Below, in pieces: positions 1 through 14,392 of a stretch of 64,000 bases of DNA. The notes beneath the pieces were generated by a model. It made no database searches. It worked only from the letters and a program-made list of their open reading frames with translations, and was not told where the DNA came from. The DNA comes from the human T2T-CHM13v2.0 reference genome, Homo sapiens. Position numbers and translations under genes: made by a program. The first letter of the stretch is position 1. Each line of letters begins with the position of its first letter. The stretch is taken from NCBI RefSeq assembly GCF_009914755.1, contig NC_060928.1, one strand, 5' to 3'.

Positions 1-1386
1 AGAGCAATTAGGCAAGACAAAGAAATAAAAGGCATCTAAATTAGAAATAAAAAATAGGTGTAAAATTATATCTACACATGATCTTGTAGGTATAAAGCTC
101 CAAACAAAACACAAAACCGATTATAACTAATAAAAGAGGCAGGATGCAAACAAACATAGGCAAATGAGCTATATTTCTATATAGTTGTAAAGAACTATGA
201 AAACATTTTAAAAATTCCATTTATAATGACATCAAAGAATACGTTATTCAGGCATAAATCTAACCATGGTGGTATACACAAAACATTGCTGCAAAAAACT
301 AAAGAGAGTGGAAATAAGTGGAAAGACATTCTGTGTTCACGGGTTGTAAGACAATATTGTTAAGATGACAATACCATCTAAAGTAATCTACAGATTCAAT
401 GCAATACCATCAAAATCCCAAAGGCATTTTTGCAGAAACAAAGAAACTCATTCTAAAATCATACAAAAATTCAAAGGATCTGACAGACAAAACAGTCTTG
501 AAAAAGAACATTGGAAAACTCACATTTTTCAGTTTCACAGCCTACTACAAATCTACAGTAATCAAGAGAGTGTGGTACTGGAATAAGACCAATAGACTTT
601 CAGACAAATACAATAGAACAGATTTGAGATCCTACAAGTTAGTCCTCACATATATGGTCAATGACTGTTCAACAAGGTGGCCAAGTCTAGTCAAGGGAGG
701 AAAGAACAGTCTCTTCAACAGCTGGATGTCAGTGCACAAGAGAGAAGTTAGACCCCTACCTTGCAGTATATACAAAAATTAATTCTAAATTAATAAAAGA
801 CTTAAATGTAAGGACTAAAAATATGTAACTCTTAGAAGAAAACACACGGTAAACCTTTATGACCTTTGAGTTTTAAGTGTATTTTGAAATATGACAGAAA
901 AGCACAGATAACAAAAGAAAATACACGAAAATTAGATTTAATCAAAATAAAAAAACCCTTTATGCATCAAAGGATACTATCAAGGGAGTGAAAAGACAAC
1001 CCATAATATGTGAGAAAATATGTATCTGATAAAATCAAAATGTGTATCTGATAAAAGCTTAATATCCCACAACTCAACAACAGAATTTCTAAGATCCCAA
1101 TTAAAAAAATAGGCAAAGGACTTGAACAGACATTTCTCCAAAGAAGATACACAAATGTCTAAGAAGGAAAAGAAAAGATGCTAAACACCATTATTCATTA
1201 ATAAAATGCAAGGCAAAACCCAAATGAGACGCCACTTTGCATCCACTAGTAAGGCTTTCATAACAACGACACAGAAAATCAATGTTGCTAAGGAGGTGGA
1301 GAAACTGGAGCCCTCATGAACTGGCTGCTAGGAATAGAAAATGATGCACTTGCTGTGGAAAAGAGTTTGGTGGTTCCTCAAAGAAT
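1..1386 (+). mobile_element. Old, degraded LINE-1 (L1M-type) fragment: ORF2 RT/C-terminal remnant running toward the 3' region
   Basis: A-rich sequence with L1 ORF2-like translations in shifting frames (IPSKVIYRFNAIP, FTAYYKSTVIKRVWYWNK); many frameshifts and stops. Subfamily not determined. Confidence 0.8.
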
Positions 1387-1389
1387 CAC

Positions 1390-2480
1390 ACAGAGAAACA
1401 GGCGCCGCTGGCTTGCAGGTTCTCCTGGGCTGGCGCGGGACGTCCCGGAATCGCAGGCGCGCATTCCTTCCCGCCTGAGGGCCCGCCTGGCCGTGACTCC
1501 TGCCCCTCTCCTCCTCCGAAGAGAGATCGGGGCCGCCCCAGCGGCCGTCTGCAGCCACCGGGGATGGGGCTGAGGGTCGGTTCCTGCCCCGGTGCAGCCG
1601 CCCCTGGGCAGACCGCCTGGCTTGGTCGCAGCCACGGCGACATCTAGCCCCAGTTCTGCGAGGCTGGGCGCGCCAGCCAGCTTGGGAGTCGCCCGGCGCC
1701 TGTAGCTGGGTGCCCAGGTGGTGGAGCATGCCCTGGGCCGCCTCTGGATCGCGGGTGCCCCTGGCCTGAGAGCCTGCCAGACCCTGCCCCGGCCCGGCTC
1801 CTCCTCTGTCAGAGCTCCAGGTCTCTATCCAGGGGCCCTCTGCAGCCACCGGGGATGGGGCTGAGGGCCGGTTCCCGCCCCTGTGCAGCTGCTGCAGGAC
1901 AGACCGCCTGGCTTGGCCACAGCCACAGGGACATTTGGCCCTGCTTCCGAGATGTGGGGAGTGTGGGCGAGCTCGGGAGTTGCCTGGAGGCTGCTGCCTG
2001 CACGCAGAAGGCGGCTGCAGCTCGGGTGCCCAGGCGGGCTGGAAGTGCATGGCCTGGTCGGCCTTGGGATCGCCAGCGCGCCCAGCCTCAGGGCCCCCAG
2101 GCCGTGCCTCCCGACCACTCCTCCACCTGAGGGAGATCGGAGCCGTTTGTATGGGCACTCGGCAGTCACCTCGTGTGGGGTTGAGCGGTGGGTTCTCAGT
2201 TCTCGCTCCTGTGCAGCTGCTGCCGCAGGGCAGAATGCCTGGCTTGGCTGCAGCCACTGGGACACGTGGCCCTGCTTCTGTGATGCTAGGAGCGCGAGCG
2301 GGCTCGGGGGTTGCCAGGCAGCTGCTGCCTGCACACAGAGGGCGACGGCAGCTTGGGCGCCCAGATGGCGGAGCATGGTTTGGGTGGCCTCTGGAATGCG
2401 TGCGCGCCAGGCCTGAGGGTCACCCTGGTGGGGCCACATACCCCGGTCTTCCTCTGCTGGAGCCTGGAGCAGCTGGAATG
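1390..2480. repeat. GC/CpG-rich degenerate tandem repeat, about three copies of a ~290-330 bp unit
   Basis: Anchor gcctggcttgg with similar flanks at 1615, 1906 and 2237; block gcagccaccggggatggggctgaggg recurs at ~1551 and ~1842. Confidence 0.65.
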
Positions 2481-2588
2481 GCCACTACTCCGTCACAGGG
2501 GATAGAGTTAAGTTTTCTTATCCCACCCATGCACACAAAAAGGTGACGATTCTGTGAGGTAATAAACGTGTTAATTGACTACATTCAT

Positions 2589-2744
2589 GCCACTCTGCAC
2601 CCACAAGTAAGGCTTTCATAACAATGACACAGAAAATAAATGTTGCTAAGGAGGTGGAGAAGTTGGAGCCCTCATGATTTGGCTGCTAGGAATAGAAAAT
2701 GATGCCCTTGCTGCGGAAAACAATTTGGTTGTTCCTCACAGAAT
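2589..2744 (+). repeat. Second copy of the ~155 bp L1-derived segment at 1231-1386 (direct repeat flanking the GC-rich block)
   Basis: aaggctttcataacaa..gacacagaaaat..aatgttgctaaggaggtggaga..ctggctgctaggaatagaaaatgatgc..gttcctca occurs at both positions. Confidence 0.8.
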
Positions 2745-5315
<2,571 letters not shown>

Positions 5316-5319
5316 TGGG

Positions 5320-5612
5320 ACCCCTGAACCTGACCCTGACCCCTGACCCTGATCCCTAACCCCTGACCCTGACCCCTAACCCCTGACCCTAACCCTAACC
5401 CTTAACCGTAACCCCTAAGCCTAACCCCTAACCACAACCCTCACCCTCACACTAATCCAACCCTAACCCCTTATCCCTAACCCCTAACCTCTCTTAACCT
5501 CTAACTCTAAACGTTGACTCTTAACTCTTAACTCTGACCCCAACCCCTATCTCCAACCCCTAACCCTAAACTTAACCCCTAACCCCTAACCCTAACACCA
5601 ACCTTAACCCTA
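5320..5612 (+). repeat. Interstitial degenerate telomeric repeat (CCCTAA/CCCTGA)n
   Basis: Runs of ccctaa, ccctga and cccctaa variants over ~290 bp. Confidence 0.95.
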
Positions 5613-6385
5613 GGTTCGTTACTACGTTTGTACTATGTCAATGTTGATTATTATGATCTCTGTCTTAGGACTGCATGGCAGCAAGGGGATTGCGGATCTT
5701 ATATTAATATTTTTGTATTGAGGCAGTGCATTAGCATTACAGGTGCTTGTTACATGAGCAATGGGAGTGTCATAATTTGGGTGTCATGTCTGCATTAGGA
5801 ATGCTGCATTTGTCTTCCGAGTCTGCGGTGTGGATCTCGCACTGTGGCCGCCTCGGCTTGGCTGGGGAGAACCTCGGTTGGCAGGATTCAGAGGGGCTTT
5901 TGGTTTCCCTTTTCCACACTGAGCCCTTCTAACTGGTCTCTGGCCCTGATTATTCAGGGCTGCAAAAGGGAAGGATTTTATTCACCGTCTATGCGGTCCC
6001 GAGTTGTCCCAAAGCGAGGCAGTGCCCCAAAGGTCTGTGCTGAGGAGAACGCTGCTCTGCCTTAGCGGTGTCCCCCGGGTCTGTGCTGAGCAGAACGCAG
6101 CTCCGCCCTCGCGGTGCCCCCGGCCCGCCTGGGTCTGTGCTGAGGAGAACACTGCTCCGCCTTCGCTGTATCTCTGAAGTCTGTGCAGAGGAGAACTCAG
6201 CTCCGCCCTGGCGATGCTCTCCTTGGCTGTGCTGGGAAGAACGCAGCTCCGCCCTCGCAAAGGCGCACAGCGCGGGCGAAAGGCGCAGAGAGGCCCACAG
6301 CGCCGGGGCAGGCGCAGAGAGGCCCACAGCGCCGGGGCAGGCGCAGAGAGGCCCACAGCGCCGGCGCAGGCGCAGAGAGGCAGAA
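5613..6385 (+). repeat. TAR1 telomere-associated repeat, including ~29-bp GC-rich minisatellite copies (~6275-6385)
   Basis: Directly adjoins (CCCTAA)n; typical tctgtgctgaggagaacgcagctccgccctcgc and gcaggcgcagagaggcccacagcgccgg motifs. Confidence 0.85.
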
Positions 6386-9300
6386 GGCCCATGAGGGGAA
6401 GGTGAGACACCTGGGGCAAAGAAGAAAAAAAAATGCGCCGCGAAGCAGTGTCTGGGTCATCCAGGGACGAAAGTTTTTTCCCATCAGGCCTTGCGCTGGG
6501 CCCCAGGGACCCTGGCATCCCTGGTTCACGCCCGGGGTGTGCCTCAGGCGACTAGGGGTACCCCAACTTGGACAGAAGGCCCATGAGTGGAAGTTGAAGT
6601 TTGTGGGAGGAGAGGTGAGGCACCAGGGGCAGAAAAAATAAAAAAAGAGGACCGCGTCTCAGAGAAGCGGGGCCTGGGTCCCCCACGGATGAAAGTGCCT
6701 TCCCATCAGGCCCTATGCTGGGCCTGGTGGACCCTGGCGACCCTGGTTCGAGCCCAGGGTGCGCCTCGGGACAGCTTGGGGTACCACAAAGCAAAGAAAA
6801 GGTCCATGAGGGGAAGGTGAGGCACCTGAGGCAGAGAAAAAAAAAATGCTCAGCCGAGAAGCAGTGCCTGGGTCCCCCACGGATGAAAGTGCCATCCCAT
6901 CAGCCCCTTCGCTGGGCCCTGGGGACCCTGGCGTCCCTGGTTTGACCCTGGGGTACGCCTCGGGACAGTAGGGGTACCCCAAGGTGGGCAGAAAGCCCCT
7001 AAGGGGAAGGTGAGGCACCTAGGGCAGAGAAAAAAAAAAACTTCACCACGGAGAAACACGGCCTGGGAGCCCCACAGACGAAAGTGTCTTCCCATCAGTC
7101 CCTGCACTGGGACCCAGGGACCCTGGTGTCCCTCGTTCGAGCTCAGGGTGTGCCTCGGCCGCTAAGTGCACCCCAAGGGGGCTTTGGGGACACAAAACCC
7201 GTGAGGGGAAGGTGAGTTTTGAGGGAGGAGAGGTGAGGCACCTGTCACAGAAAAAGAAAAAAAAGAAACCCGCACCGCGGAGAGGTGGGGCCTGGGTACC
7301 CCACGGATGAAAGTGCCTTCCCATCAGCCCCTGCGCTGGGCCCCGGGGAACCTAGAGTCCCTGGTTGGAGCTCAGGGAGAGTCTCGGGCCACTAGGGATA
7401 CCCCAACACGGTGGAAAGCCCATGAGAGGAAGGTGAGCTGTGAGGGAGGAGAGGTGAGGCACTTGTGGCAGAAAAGAAAAAGAAACCGCGCCACGGAAAA
7501 GTGGGGCCTGGGTCTCCCATGGAAAAAAAGTGCCTTCCCATCAGTCCCTGAGCTGGGCCACGTGGACCCAGGCGACCCTGGTTCTAGGCCTGGGTGCACC
7601 TCGGGCCCGCTAGGTGTACCCCAAAACGGGCAGAAGGCCCATGAGGGGAAGGTGAGGTTTGAGGGAAGAGAGGTGAGGCACCTGCGGCAGAAAAAAAAAA
7701 AAACCGTGCGGAAGAGAAGCGGGGCCTGGGTCTCCCACGGACGAAAGTGCCTTCTCATCAGCCCCTGCGCTGGGCCCCCTGGACTCTGGCGACCCTAGTT
7801 CAAGGACCAGAAGAGACTCCGGCATGCTAGGGTACCCTAAGGAAGCCAGAAAGCCCATGAGGGGAAGGCGAGATTTAAGGGAGGAGAGGTGAGTCACCTG
7901 TGGCAGAAAAATATATATATATATATATATATATCAGCACCTCGGAGAAGCCGGGCCTGGGTCCCCACTGATGAAAGTGCCTTCCCATCAGCCCCTGCGC
8001 TAGCCCCGAGAACCTGGCGACCCTGATTGGAGACCCGGGAGCGCCTCGGGCCTGCTCGTGGTACCCCAAAGCAGGCAGAAGGCCAGTGAGGGGAAGGTGA
8101 GGCACCAGGGGCGGAGAAAAAAAACCGCAGCTTTGAGAAGCGGGGCCTGGGTACCCACGGATGAAGGTACATTCCCATCAGCCCCTGCGCTAGGCCCCGG
8201 CGACCCTGGCATCCATGGTTCGAGTCCAGGGAGAGCCTTGGGCCGGAAGGGGTACCCCAAGTAGAGCAGAAAGCCCATGATGGGAAGTTGACGTTTGAGG
8301 GAGGAGAGGTGAGGAAACTGTGGCAGAAAAAAAAAAAGAAAACAAGCCGCGCCTAGGAGAAGCTGGGCCTGGGTACCCCAAGGATGAAAATGCCTTCCCA
8401 TCAGTCCCTGCGCTGGGCCCTGTGGACGCTGGAGACCCCAGTTCGAGCCCCGGGTGCGCCCCGGGCCTGCTAGGGGTATCACAAGGAGGGCAGAAATCCC
8501 ATGAGGGGCAGTTGAGGTTTGAGGAAGGAGAGGTGAGGCACCTGTGGCAGAAAAAAAAAAACTGCACCACGGAGAAGCGGAGCCTGGATCCCCAACGGAA
8601 GAAAGTGTCTTCCCATCAGCCCTTGCGCTGGGCACAGGGGACCCTGGCATTCCTGGTTCGAGACCAGGGTGCGATTCAGGCCGCTAGGGGTACCCCAAGA
8701 CAGACAGAAGGCCCATGAGGGAAAGGTGAGACACCTGGGGCAGAGAACAAAATAAAAAACTGCGCCCACCAGAAGTGGGGCCTGGGTTCCCCATGGACGA
8801 ACGTCCCTACCCATAAGCCCTACACTGGGCCCCGGAGACCCTAGCATCCCTGGCTCAAAACAAGGGTGCGCCTCGGGCCGGCTAGGGGTACCTCAAGGCG
8901 GGCAGAAAGCCCATGACGGGAAAGTGAGGCACCTGTGGAAAAGAAAAGAAAAAAAAACGCCACAGAGAAGCAGAGCCTGGGTCCCCGAGGAAGAACGTGT
9001 CTTATCATCAGCCACTGCGCTTGACCCTGTGGAACCTGGCTTCCATGGTTCAAGCCCAGGGTATGCCTTGGGCCGCTAGGGGTACCCCAAAGCTTGCAAA
9101 AAGCACAAGAGGGGAAGGTGAGGCACCTGGGGCAGAGAAAAACAAACACAGCCGCGGAGAAGCGGGGACTGGGTCCTCCAAACGGACGAAAGTATCTTCC
9201 CATCAGGCCTCGTGCTGGGCCTCAGGGACCCTGGAGTCCCTGGTTCGATCCCACAGTGCACCTCGGGCCGCTAGGTGTACCCCAAGGCAGACAGAAGCCA

Positions 9301-9430
9301 CATGAGGGGAAGGTGAGATTTGAGGAAGGAGAGGAAAGGCATCTATCGTAGCAAAAAAAAAAAAAACCGCGCAAAGGAGAAGCAGGGAATGGGTCCCCCA
9401 CAGACGAAAGTGCCTTCCCATCAGGCCCTG
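6386..9430 (+). repeat. GC-rich satellite, ~15 monomers of ~190-228 bp, probably gamma-satellite GSATII
   Basis: Anchor ccatgaggggaaggtgag recurs at ~6389, 6581, 6804, 6998, 7199, 7419, 7639, 7855, 8083, 8275, 8499, 8713, 8911, 9106 and 9300; each monomer has an A-tract. The family name is recalled from memory, not from a search. Confidence 0.7.
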
Positions 9431-9805
9431 AGGGATTGAAACAGAATGAGGAGTGACTAATGTCTACAGAGTTTTTCTCTGGTCGGGGGTGATAAGACGT
9501 TCTACAATGGATTGCGAATTAAAATTGAATGTGCACAACCACAGGTATACTAAAAGCCACTCAATTCATGACTTTTAATGGGGGAATCTTATGTGGCGCA
9601 CTCTCATGGAGACCACGGCAGACATAGTGAGAGAGAAAAAGGTGAGTAAATATCTGAAACGGAGGCAGAAACAGAGAGAATGAAAAGCCCTGTGAATGGA
9701 AGGGAGAGCGAAAAGGGAAAATGGTCCTATTTACAAATGACAGATGTGAAACTGGGGTTCACATCAACAGTGTCAATGCCAGGAAGGAGGGTGATGCTAG
9801 CCATG

Positions 9806-12496
9806 TCACGGGCAGTGTGTCCCACAGGGACGCCGACCTGCTGGAGCGTCTTGCCAGCATGGGCTCTGGCAGCCACGTGGGCCAGCAGGAGGGTCCCGCT
9901 GCACAGCTGTGGGGTGAGGATAGACTGGGTGGTGATATCGGCCATGACAGGGGCCTCTTCTGCTGGCAAGAGTGTGCCAGTAGCAAGTAGATGGACAGGC
10001 CTGCGTGTGAGGACGGAATGCAGGAGGGGCTCTTGTGAGGCTGGGTGTGGGGCCCTCACGGGAACCGTGGAGTAATGGCCAGGTAACTGCGTCATGTGGG
10101 CTAGTAGATTGGCCAGGACTTCGAACTGAAGGACAATAACGGGGAGTAGCTGTCAGGCCCTGGGAGTGTCTGAGTGTAAGTGGAGATGGGTTTTGTGTCA
10201 CTGAGGGATGCGTGGGAGCCATCCCTGTATAGGTACAGGTCATAGGGAGATACTCTCGTGAGGCCTGTGAGTGTCTAGGGTTGTCCTGGGTGCCTGGGGC
10301 TGACTGTGGCAGAAATCTGGGGAAGGCTGGAGAGAAGCTGGGAGACCCAGGAGAGTCCCTGAAGGCAGGGGGTGAAGAGGTGAAAGAAATGGTGGAGGGT
10401 TGCAGTAAGGTCCGTGAGTTTGTAGGTGATTCCTGGGTGCAGGAAGCTGACTCCAGGTGATATCTGGAGATGGTTGGAGAGTAGCTGAGAGAGACAGAAG
10501 AGTCCCTGAGGGCTGGGGGTGAGAACATGAGGGAGACTGGGGAGTAAGTCAGTGAAATTCGTGAGTTCGGTGGTGTATCGTGGGTGCCTGGAACTGACTC
10601 CAGCTGGAATCTAGAGAAGTTTTGAGAGTAGCTGAAAGAGACACGAGAGTCCCTGTGGGCTGAGGGCAAAGACCTGAGAGAGACCAGGGAGGACCTCAGT
10701 GAAGTCTGTGAGTCCGTAGGTGATTCTGGAGTGTGGGAGGCTGACTCCCGCTGAAATCTGGGCGTGGTGGGAGAGTAGCTGGGACAGACAGGAGAGTCCC
10801 AGGGGGCTGGGGGTGAAGACATGAGAGAGACTGGAGAGTAACTCAGTGAAACTGCTGAGTTTGTAGGTGATACCTGGGTGCCTGGAACTGACTCCCGCTG
10901 AAATCTGGGCATGGTTGGAGAGTAGCTGGGACCCACCGGAGAGTCCCTGAGGGCTGGGGGTGAAGACATGAGAGAGACCGGGGAGTAACTGAGTGAAACT
11001 GGTGAGTTTGGTGGTGACTCCGGGGTGTCTGGAACTGACTCCAGCTGCAATGTGGGCGTGGTTGGAGAGTAGCTGGGACAGATGGGAGAGTCCCTGAGGG
11101 ATGGTGAAGACATGAGAGAGACTGGGGAGTAACGCAGTGAAATTGGTGAGTTTGGTGGTGATTTCTGGGTGCCTGCAACGGACTCCCACTGAAGTGTGGG
11201 CGTGTTTGGAGAGTAGCTGGGACAGACAGGCGAGTCCCTGAGGGTTGGAGATAAAGACGTGCTAGAGACTGGGGAGTAACTCAGTGAAAGTGGTGGGCTT
11301 GGCGGTGATCCCTGGGTTCCTGGAACTGACCCGCGCTGAAATGTGGGCGTGGTTGGAGAGTAGCTGGGACAGACTGGAGGGTCCGTAAGGGCTGGGGGTG
11401 AAGACGTGAGAGAGACTGGCCAGGATCTCACTGAGGTCTGTGAGTTTGTAGGTGTTTCTGGGGTGTGGGGTACAGACTCCCGCTGAAATGTGGGCGTGGT
11501 TGGAGAGTAGCTGGGACAGACAGGAGAGTCATGGGTGGCTGGGGGTGAGCTGCTGGATGATGGCAGTAAGAACATATGGTATATTATTGATGAATGAGGT
11601 GACTGTGAAGAATCTCCAGAGGAGGACACGGGAGAACACAATGACATGAGTGACTGTCCTGCTTGGTTAGGAAATGGAAACGTAAAGCTGTGGAATTCTG
11701 TTGATGATGGATGTGAGAGTGGTGAAGCCCTGCGGGATGATGTAGAGTACTTCCACATCCCTGGTGAGGAGCTGCCCCTTGGGTCTGAGTTTCTGGGAGG
11801 GGAGAGGGAGAAGCTGGGTGAGGCAGGCATGAATCTTGAGGAGTCAGGGCTGGGGGACCGCTCATATTCTCCCGAGACCTGTGAGTCTCTGGGGGACTCC
11901 TGGGTGCATGCGACTGAATCCCGCAGGAACCTGGGGATGGCTGGATAGTAACTGGGAGCCACGGGAGAGTCCCTGAGGCCTGGGGGTGAAGAGATGAAAG
12001 ACACAGGGGTGGAGCACCGTGAGGCTCGTGAGTTTGTAGGTGATTCCTGGGTGTGGGGGGCTGACTCCAGCTGAAATCTGGGGTTGTTTGGAGAGTAGCT
12101 GGGAGACACAGGAGACCCCCCGAGAGCTGGGGGTGAGCTGCTGGGTGATGGCAGTAAGAACATGTGGTATATTATTGATGAACCTGGGGACTCTGAGGAA
12201 TCCTCAGAGGAGGACAGAGGAGAGCCCGATGACTTCATTGATTGCCCATCACGGTCAGGACAGGGAAATGGGAGCTTGTGGGATTCTGGTGATGACAGAG
12301 GTGAGTGTGGTGAAGCCCTAGGGGATGGTGAATGGTAGCTCCGGATCCCTGGTGAGGAGCTTCCCCTTAAGCCTGAGTTTCTGAGATGGGAGAGGGAGAA
12401 GCTGGGTGAGGCTCGCATGGACCTTGGGGAGTCCGGGCTGTGGGACCGTTCATAAGAAGAGCCAGACAAGACCCTACTGTTCTTAGGAGCAGACAT
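9806..12496 (-). CDS. Putative Ser/Pro-rich Pol II CTD-like repeat protein, copy 1 (896 aa, intact ORF)
   Basis: Uninterrupted 2.7 kb ORF with 49-aa repeats containing SYSPTTP; TATA/Inr upstream. Translation is not demonstrated. Confidence 0.55.
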   Translation of the reverse strand: MSAPKNSRVLSGSSYERSHSPDSPRSMRASPSFSLSHLRNSGLRGSSSPGIRSYHSPSPRASPHSPLSSPESHKLPFPCPDRDGQSMKSSGSPLSSSEDSSESPGSSIIYHMFLLPSPSSSPPALGGSPVSPSYSPNNPRFQLESAPHTQESPTNSRASRCSTPVSFISSPPGLRDSPVAPSYYPAIPRFLRDSVACTQESPRDSQVSGEYERSPSPDSSRFMPASPSFSLSPPRNSDPRGSSSPGMWKYSTSSRRASPLSHPSSTEFHSFTFPFPNQAGQSLMSLCSPVSSSGDSSQSPHSSIIYHMFLLPSSSSSPPATHDSPVCPSYSPTTPTFQRESVPHTPETPTNSQTSVRSWPVSLTSSPPALTDPPVCPSYSPTTPTFQRGSVPGTQGSPPSPPLSLSYSPVSSTSLSPTLRDSPVCPSYSPNTPTLQWESVAGTQKSPPNSPISLRYSPVSLMSSPSLRDSPICPSYSPTTPTLQLESVPDTPESPPNSPVSLSYSPVSLMSSPPALRDSPVGPSYSPTMPRFQRESVPGTQVSPTNSAVSLSYSPVSLMSSPPAPWDSPVCPSYSPTTPRFQRESASHTPESPTDSQTSLRSSLVSLRSLPSAHRDSRVSFSYSQNFSRFQLESVPGTHDTPPNSRISLTYSPVSLMFSPPALRDSSVSLSYSPTISRYHLESASCTQESPTNSRTLLQPSTISFTSSPPAFRDSPGSPSFSPAFPRFLPQSAPGTQDNPRHSQASREYLPMTCTYTGMAPTHPSVTQNPSPLTLRHSQGLTATPRYCPSVRSPGQSTSPHDAVTWPLLHGSREGPTPSLTRAPPAFRPHTQACPSTCYWHTLASRRGPCHGRYHHPVYPHPTAVQRDPPAGPRGCQSPCWQDAPAGRRPCGTHCP
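10250..12460 (-). repeat. ACRO1-type 147-bp satellite array (unit 1)
   Basis: gagagtagctggga recurs at exactly 147 bp spacing (10771 to 10918); some monomers are 144 bp. Confidence 0.85.
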
Positions 12497-12557
12497 GATT
12501 AGGAAACCTGCAGCTCCCAGGGGCCCCTACTAATTTTCTAACTCGCAGAAGGAAGGA

Positions 12558-12677
12558 GTGTGTGTGCGTGTGTGTGAGCGTGTGCGTGTGTGTGCGTGTG
12601 TGTGTGTCTGTGTGTGTGCGGTGTGAGGTATGTGCCCCTTAAGAAAATGGAAATCAACCAACCAATGGGACAGACAC

Positions 12678-12718
<41 letters not shown>

Positions 12719-12720
12719 GA
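12558..12720. repeat. (TG)n and (CAGA)n microsatellites in the leader; present in all nine units
   Basis: Visible tgtgtg and cagacaga runs, length-variable between units. Confidence 0.9.
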
Positions 12721-12839
12721 TTCACTTGCCCAAGTGTTCTGTCCTGTCCTCGGAATCCGCTTCCAAGTCGCAAGACGCCGTGAGCTCCAAGTCGACGCAG
12801 AGTCCGCCAAAGGCTCCGGCCGCCGATCCCCTCCGCGAA

Positions 12840-12935
12840 GATCTGAGTACAGGCCAGCCAGGGTGGGTTTAAATAGCCTCCTGCGCAGCCTAGCAGCAGA
12901 AAGGGCGGAGCTTCACTCCTCCTTTCCGTCAGTCA
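12840..12935 (-). promoter_or_regulatory. Candidate core promoter of copy 1: TATTTAAA (12875-12868), Inr TCAGATC (+1 at 12844), GC box, TGACG half-CRE
   Basis: TATA to Inr spacing 31 bp; Inr fits YYANWYY exactly. Confidence 0.6.
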
Positions 12936-13365
12936 CCCCCAACTTTCCCAGGCGTAGGAAACTGTTCTCCTGCTTTGATTTCATGCGCCACCTTTGGGAC
13001 AATCTAAGAACTTCCAAGTTTTCTTGGCCAGATATATTAGGAATTGTATGCACTGAAACACTGTAAACCAACTAGTGGTTCTGTGGTTCTCCACGTTGTG
13101 TTTTTGACACCAGCAGCATCCTTGCCACAATCAAACCCCGGAGATCCACAGATCTGTGTTGTAACAAGACCTCCCCCTGACCCTGATGCATGGCAGTTTA
13201 AGAAGTCTTTCCGTGTAAGCGAAAAGACTTTGAAGAAAAGGTGGAGATATGCGTTGTATAAACATTCTTTTGCTCTGGAACCACGTGGAGACTTGGGAGC
13301 CAGTTGGGTGGAGCATTCGTTGGATGAGGGTGCTCGGGTTCGGAATATCAAGGTGTGGCTCCAGA

Positions 13366-13376
13366 TAATCCAATCA
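13366..13376 (+). promoter_or_regulatory. DUX4-type double-homeodomain motif TAATCCAATCA (copy 1)
   Basis: Exact match to the TAAYYBAATCA consensus, ~525 bp upstream of the predicted TSS. Confidence 0.55.
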
Positions 13377-13439
13377 TCTAATTAAGATTCCAGTTGTGCT
13401 CATCTGTTTTAAAATTCCGTTTGGGTAAATTCTTTTATT

Positions 13440-13915
13440 CAGACTGAGAATGGCAAAGCCTCAACCCCAATTTCCAGGGAGGGTTGAGAGCCTCAGGTGG
13501 AGTTGATCACCAATAGCCTATGGTTTAACCCATCATGCCTATAGAATGAGGTCTCCATAAAAACCCAAAAGGACTGGGTTCAGAGAGGTTCTGGATAACA
13601 CTTCCTGGAAGGTAGTGCGCCCCTCCCCACATGCCGGGCCCCACATTTATTTCTGAACTTTTTGCAATGTCCGCTAAAATACAACGGCAAATGTAAGTGT
13701 TTCCCTGAGTGCCGTGAGCTCTTCCAGCAAATGAATGCAACTGAATCTGGGAGTGGTGGCAACCTGATTTATAGCCAGTTGCTGAGAAGCACAGGTAAAA
13801 CAACGTAGGGCTTCCCGTTGTTATTAGTGTGGGAGGCCTGCCTGGCGGGACTCGGCCCTTTGGAATCTAATGCTATGTCCCGGTAGATAGCGTCACCATT
13901 GAATTAGAAGACACA
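13440..13915 (+). mobile_element. LTR fragment, MER21-like; repeated in each complete spacer
   Basis: gagttgatcaccaatagcctatggtttaacccatcatgcctatagaatgaggtctccataaaaacccaaaaggactgggttcagagag resembles MER21 as recalled from memory. Confidence 0.6.
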
Positions 13916-14089
13916 CATATGTTGAGAATAATCTTTCTGGTCATTTGCTGCATGTCTTATTTACAATATGTAATCAAATTCTTTATCCTGACCTTATGGC
14001 ACCTGGGTTGAGAACCATGATTTGAACCAAACATTGGTCTGTCACTTTCTGAGTTTGAAACTTTATTTTGCCTTTAGCGTTTTGCTATT

Positions 14090-14392
14090 GCTTTTTCGTT
14101 TTCTTTTGTTTCGTTTCGTTTCTAAGTTCTGGGGTGTATGTGCAGGATGGGCAGATTTGTTACTAAGGTAAACGTGTGCCATGGTGGTTTGCTGCACCTG
14201 TCAACCCATCACCTAGGTATTAAGCCAAGCATGCAGTAGCTGTTTTCCTTAAGGCTCCGCCTCCCGAAAGGCCCCAGTGTGTGTTGTTCCCCTTCCTGTG
14301 TCCATGTGATCTCATTCTTCAGCTCCCATTATAAGTGAGAATGTGGCGTTTGGTTTTCTTTCCCTGGATTAGTTTGCTGAGGATAATGACCA
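14090..14392 (-). mobile_element. L1PA 3'-end fragment with decayed A-tail; repeated in each complete spacer
   Basis: gtaaacgtgtgccatggtggtttgctgcacc..aacccatcacctaggtattaagc is a typical L1PA 3' UTR end. Confidence 0.85.

Noticed and set aside
1316-2546. Several overlapping 85-309 aa ORFs
   Set aside because: Expected by chance in very GC-rich repeat DNA; no recognisable protein.
5982-9421. Many ORFs in TAR1 and the satellite
   Set aside because: Repeat-derived, on both strands, broken at variable A-tracts.
6386-9430. Labelling this block ACRO1
   Set aside because: Measured period is ~190-228 bp; the 147-bp period is in the ORF arrays instead.
10250-12460. CRISPR-like repeat-spacer array
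   Set aside because: Whole monomers are homologous with no unique spacers; the context is primate.
9806-12496. Calling the ORF POLR2A/RPB1, a mucin or an extensin
   Set aside because: No polymerase domains, signal peptide or transmembrane segment; similarity is limited to degenerate heptads and composition.
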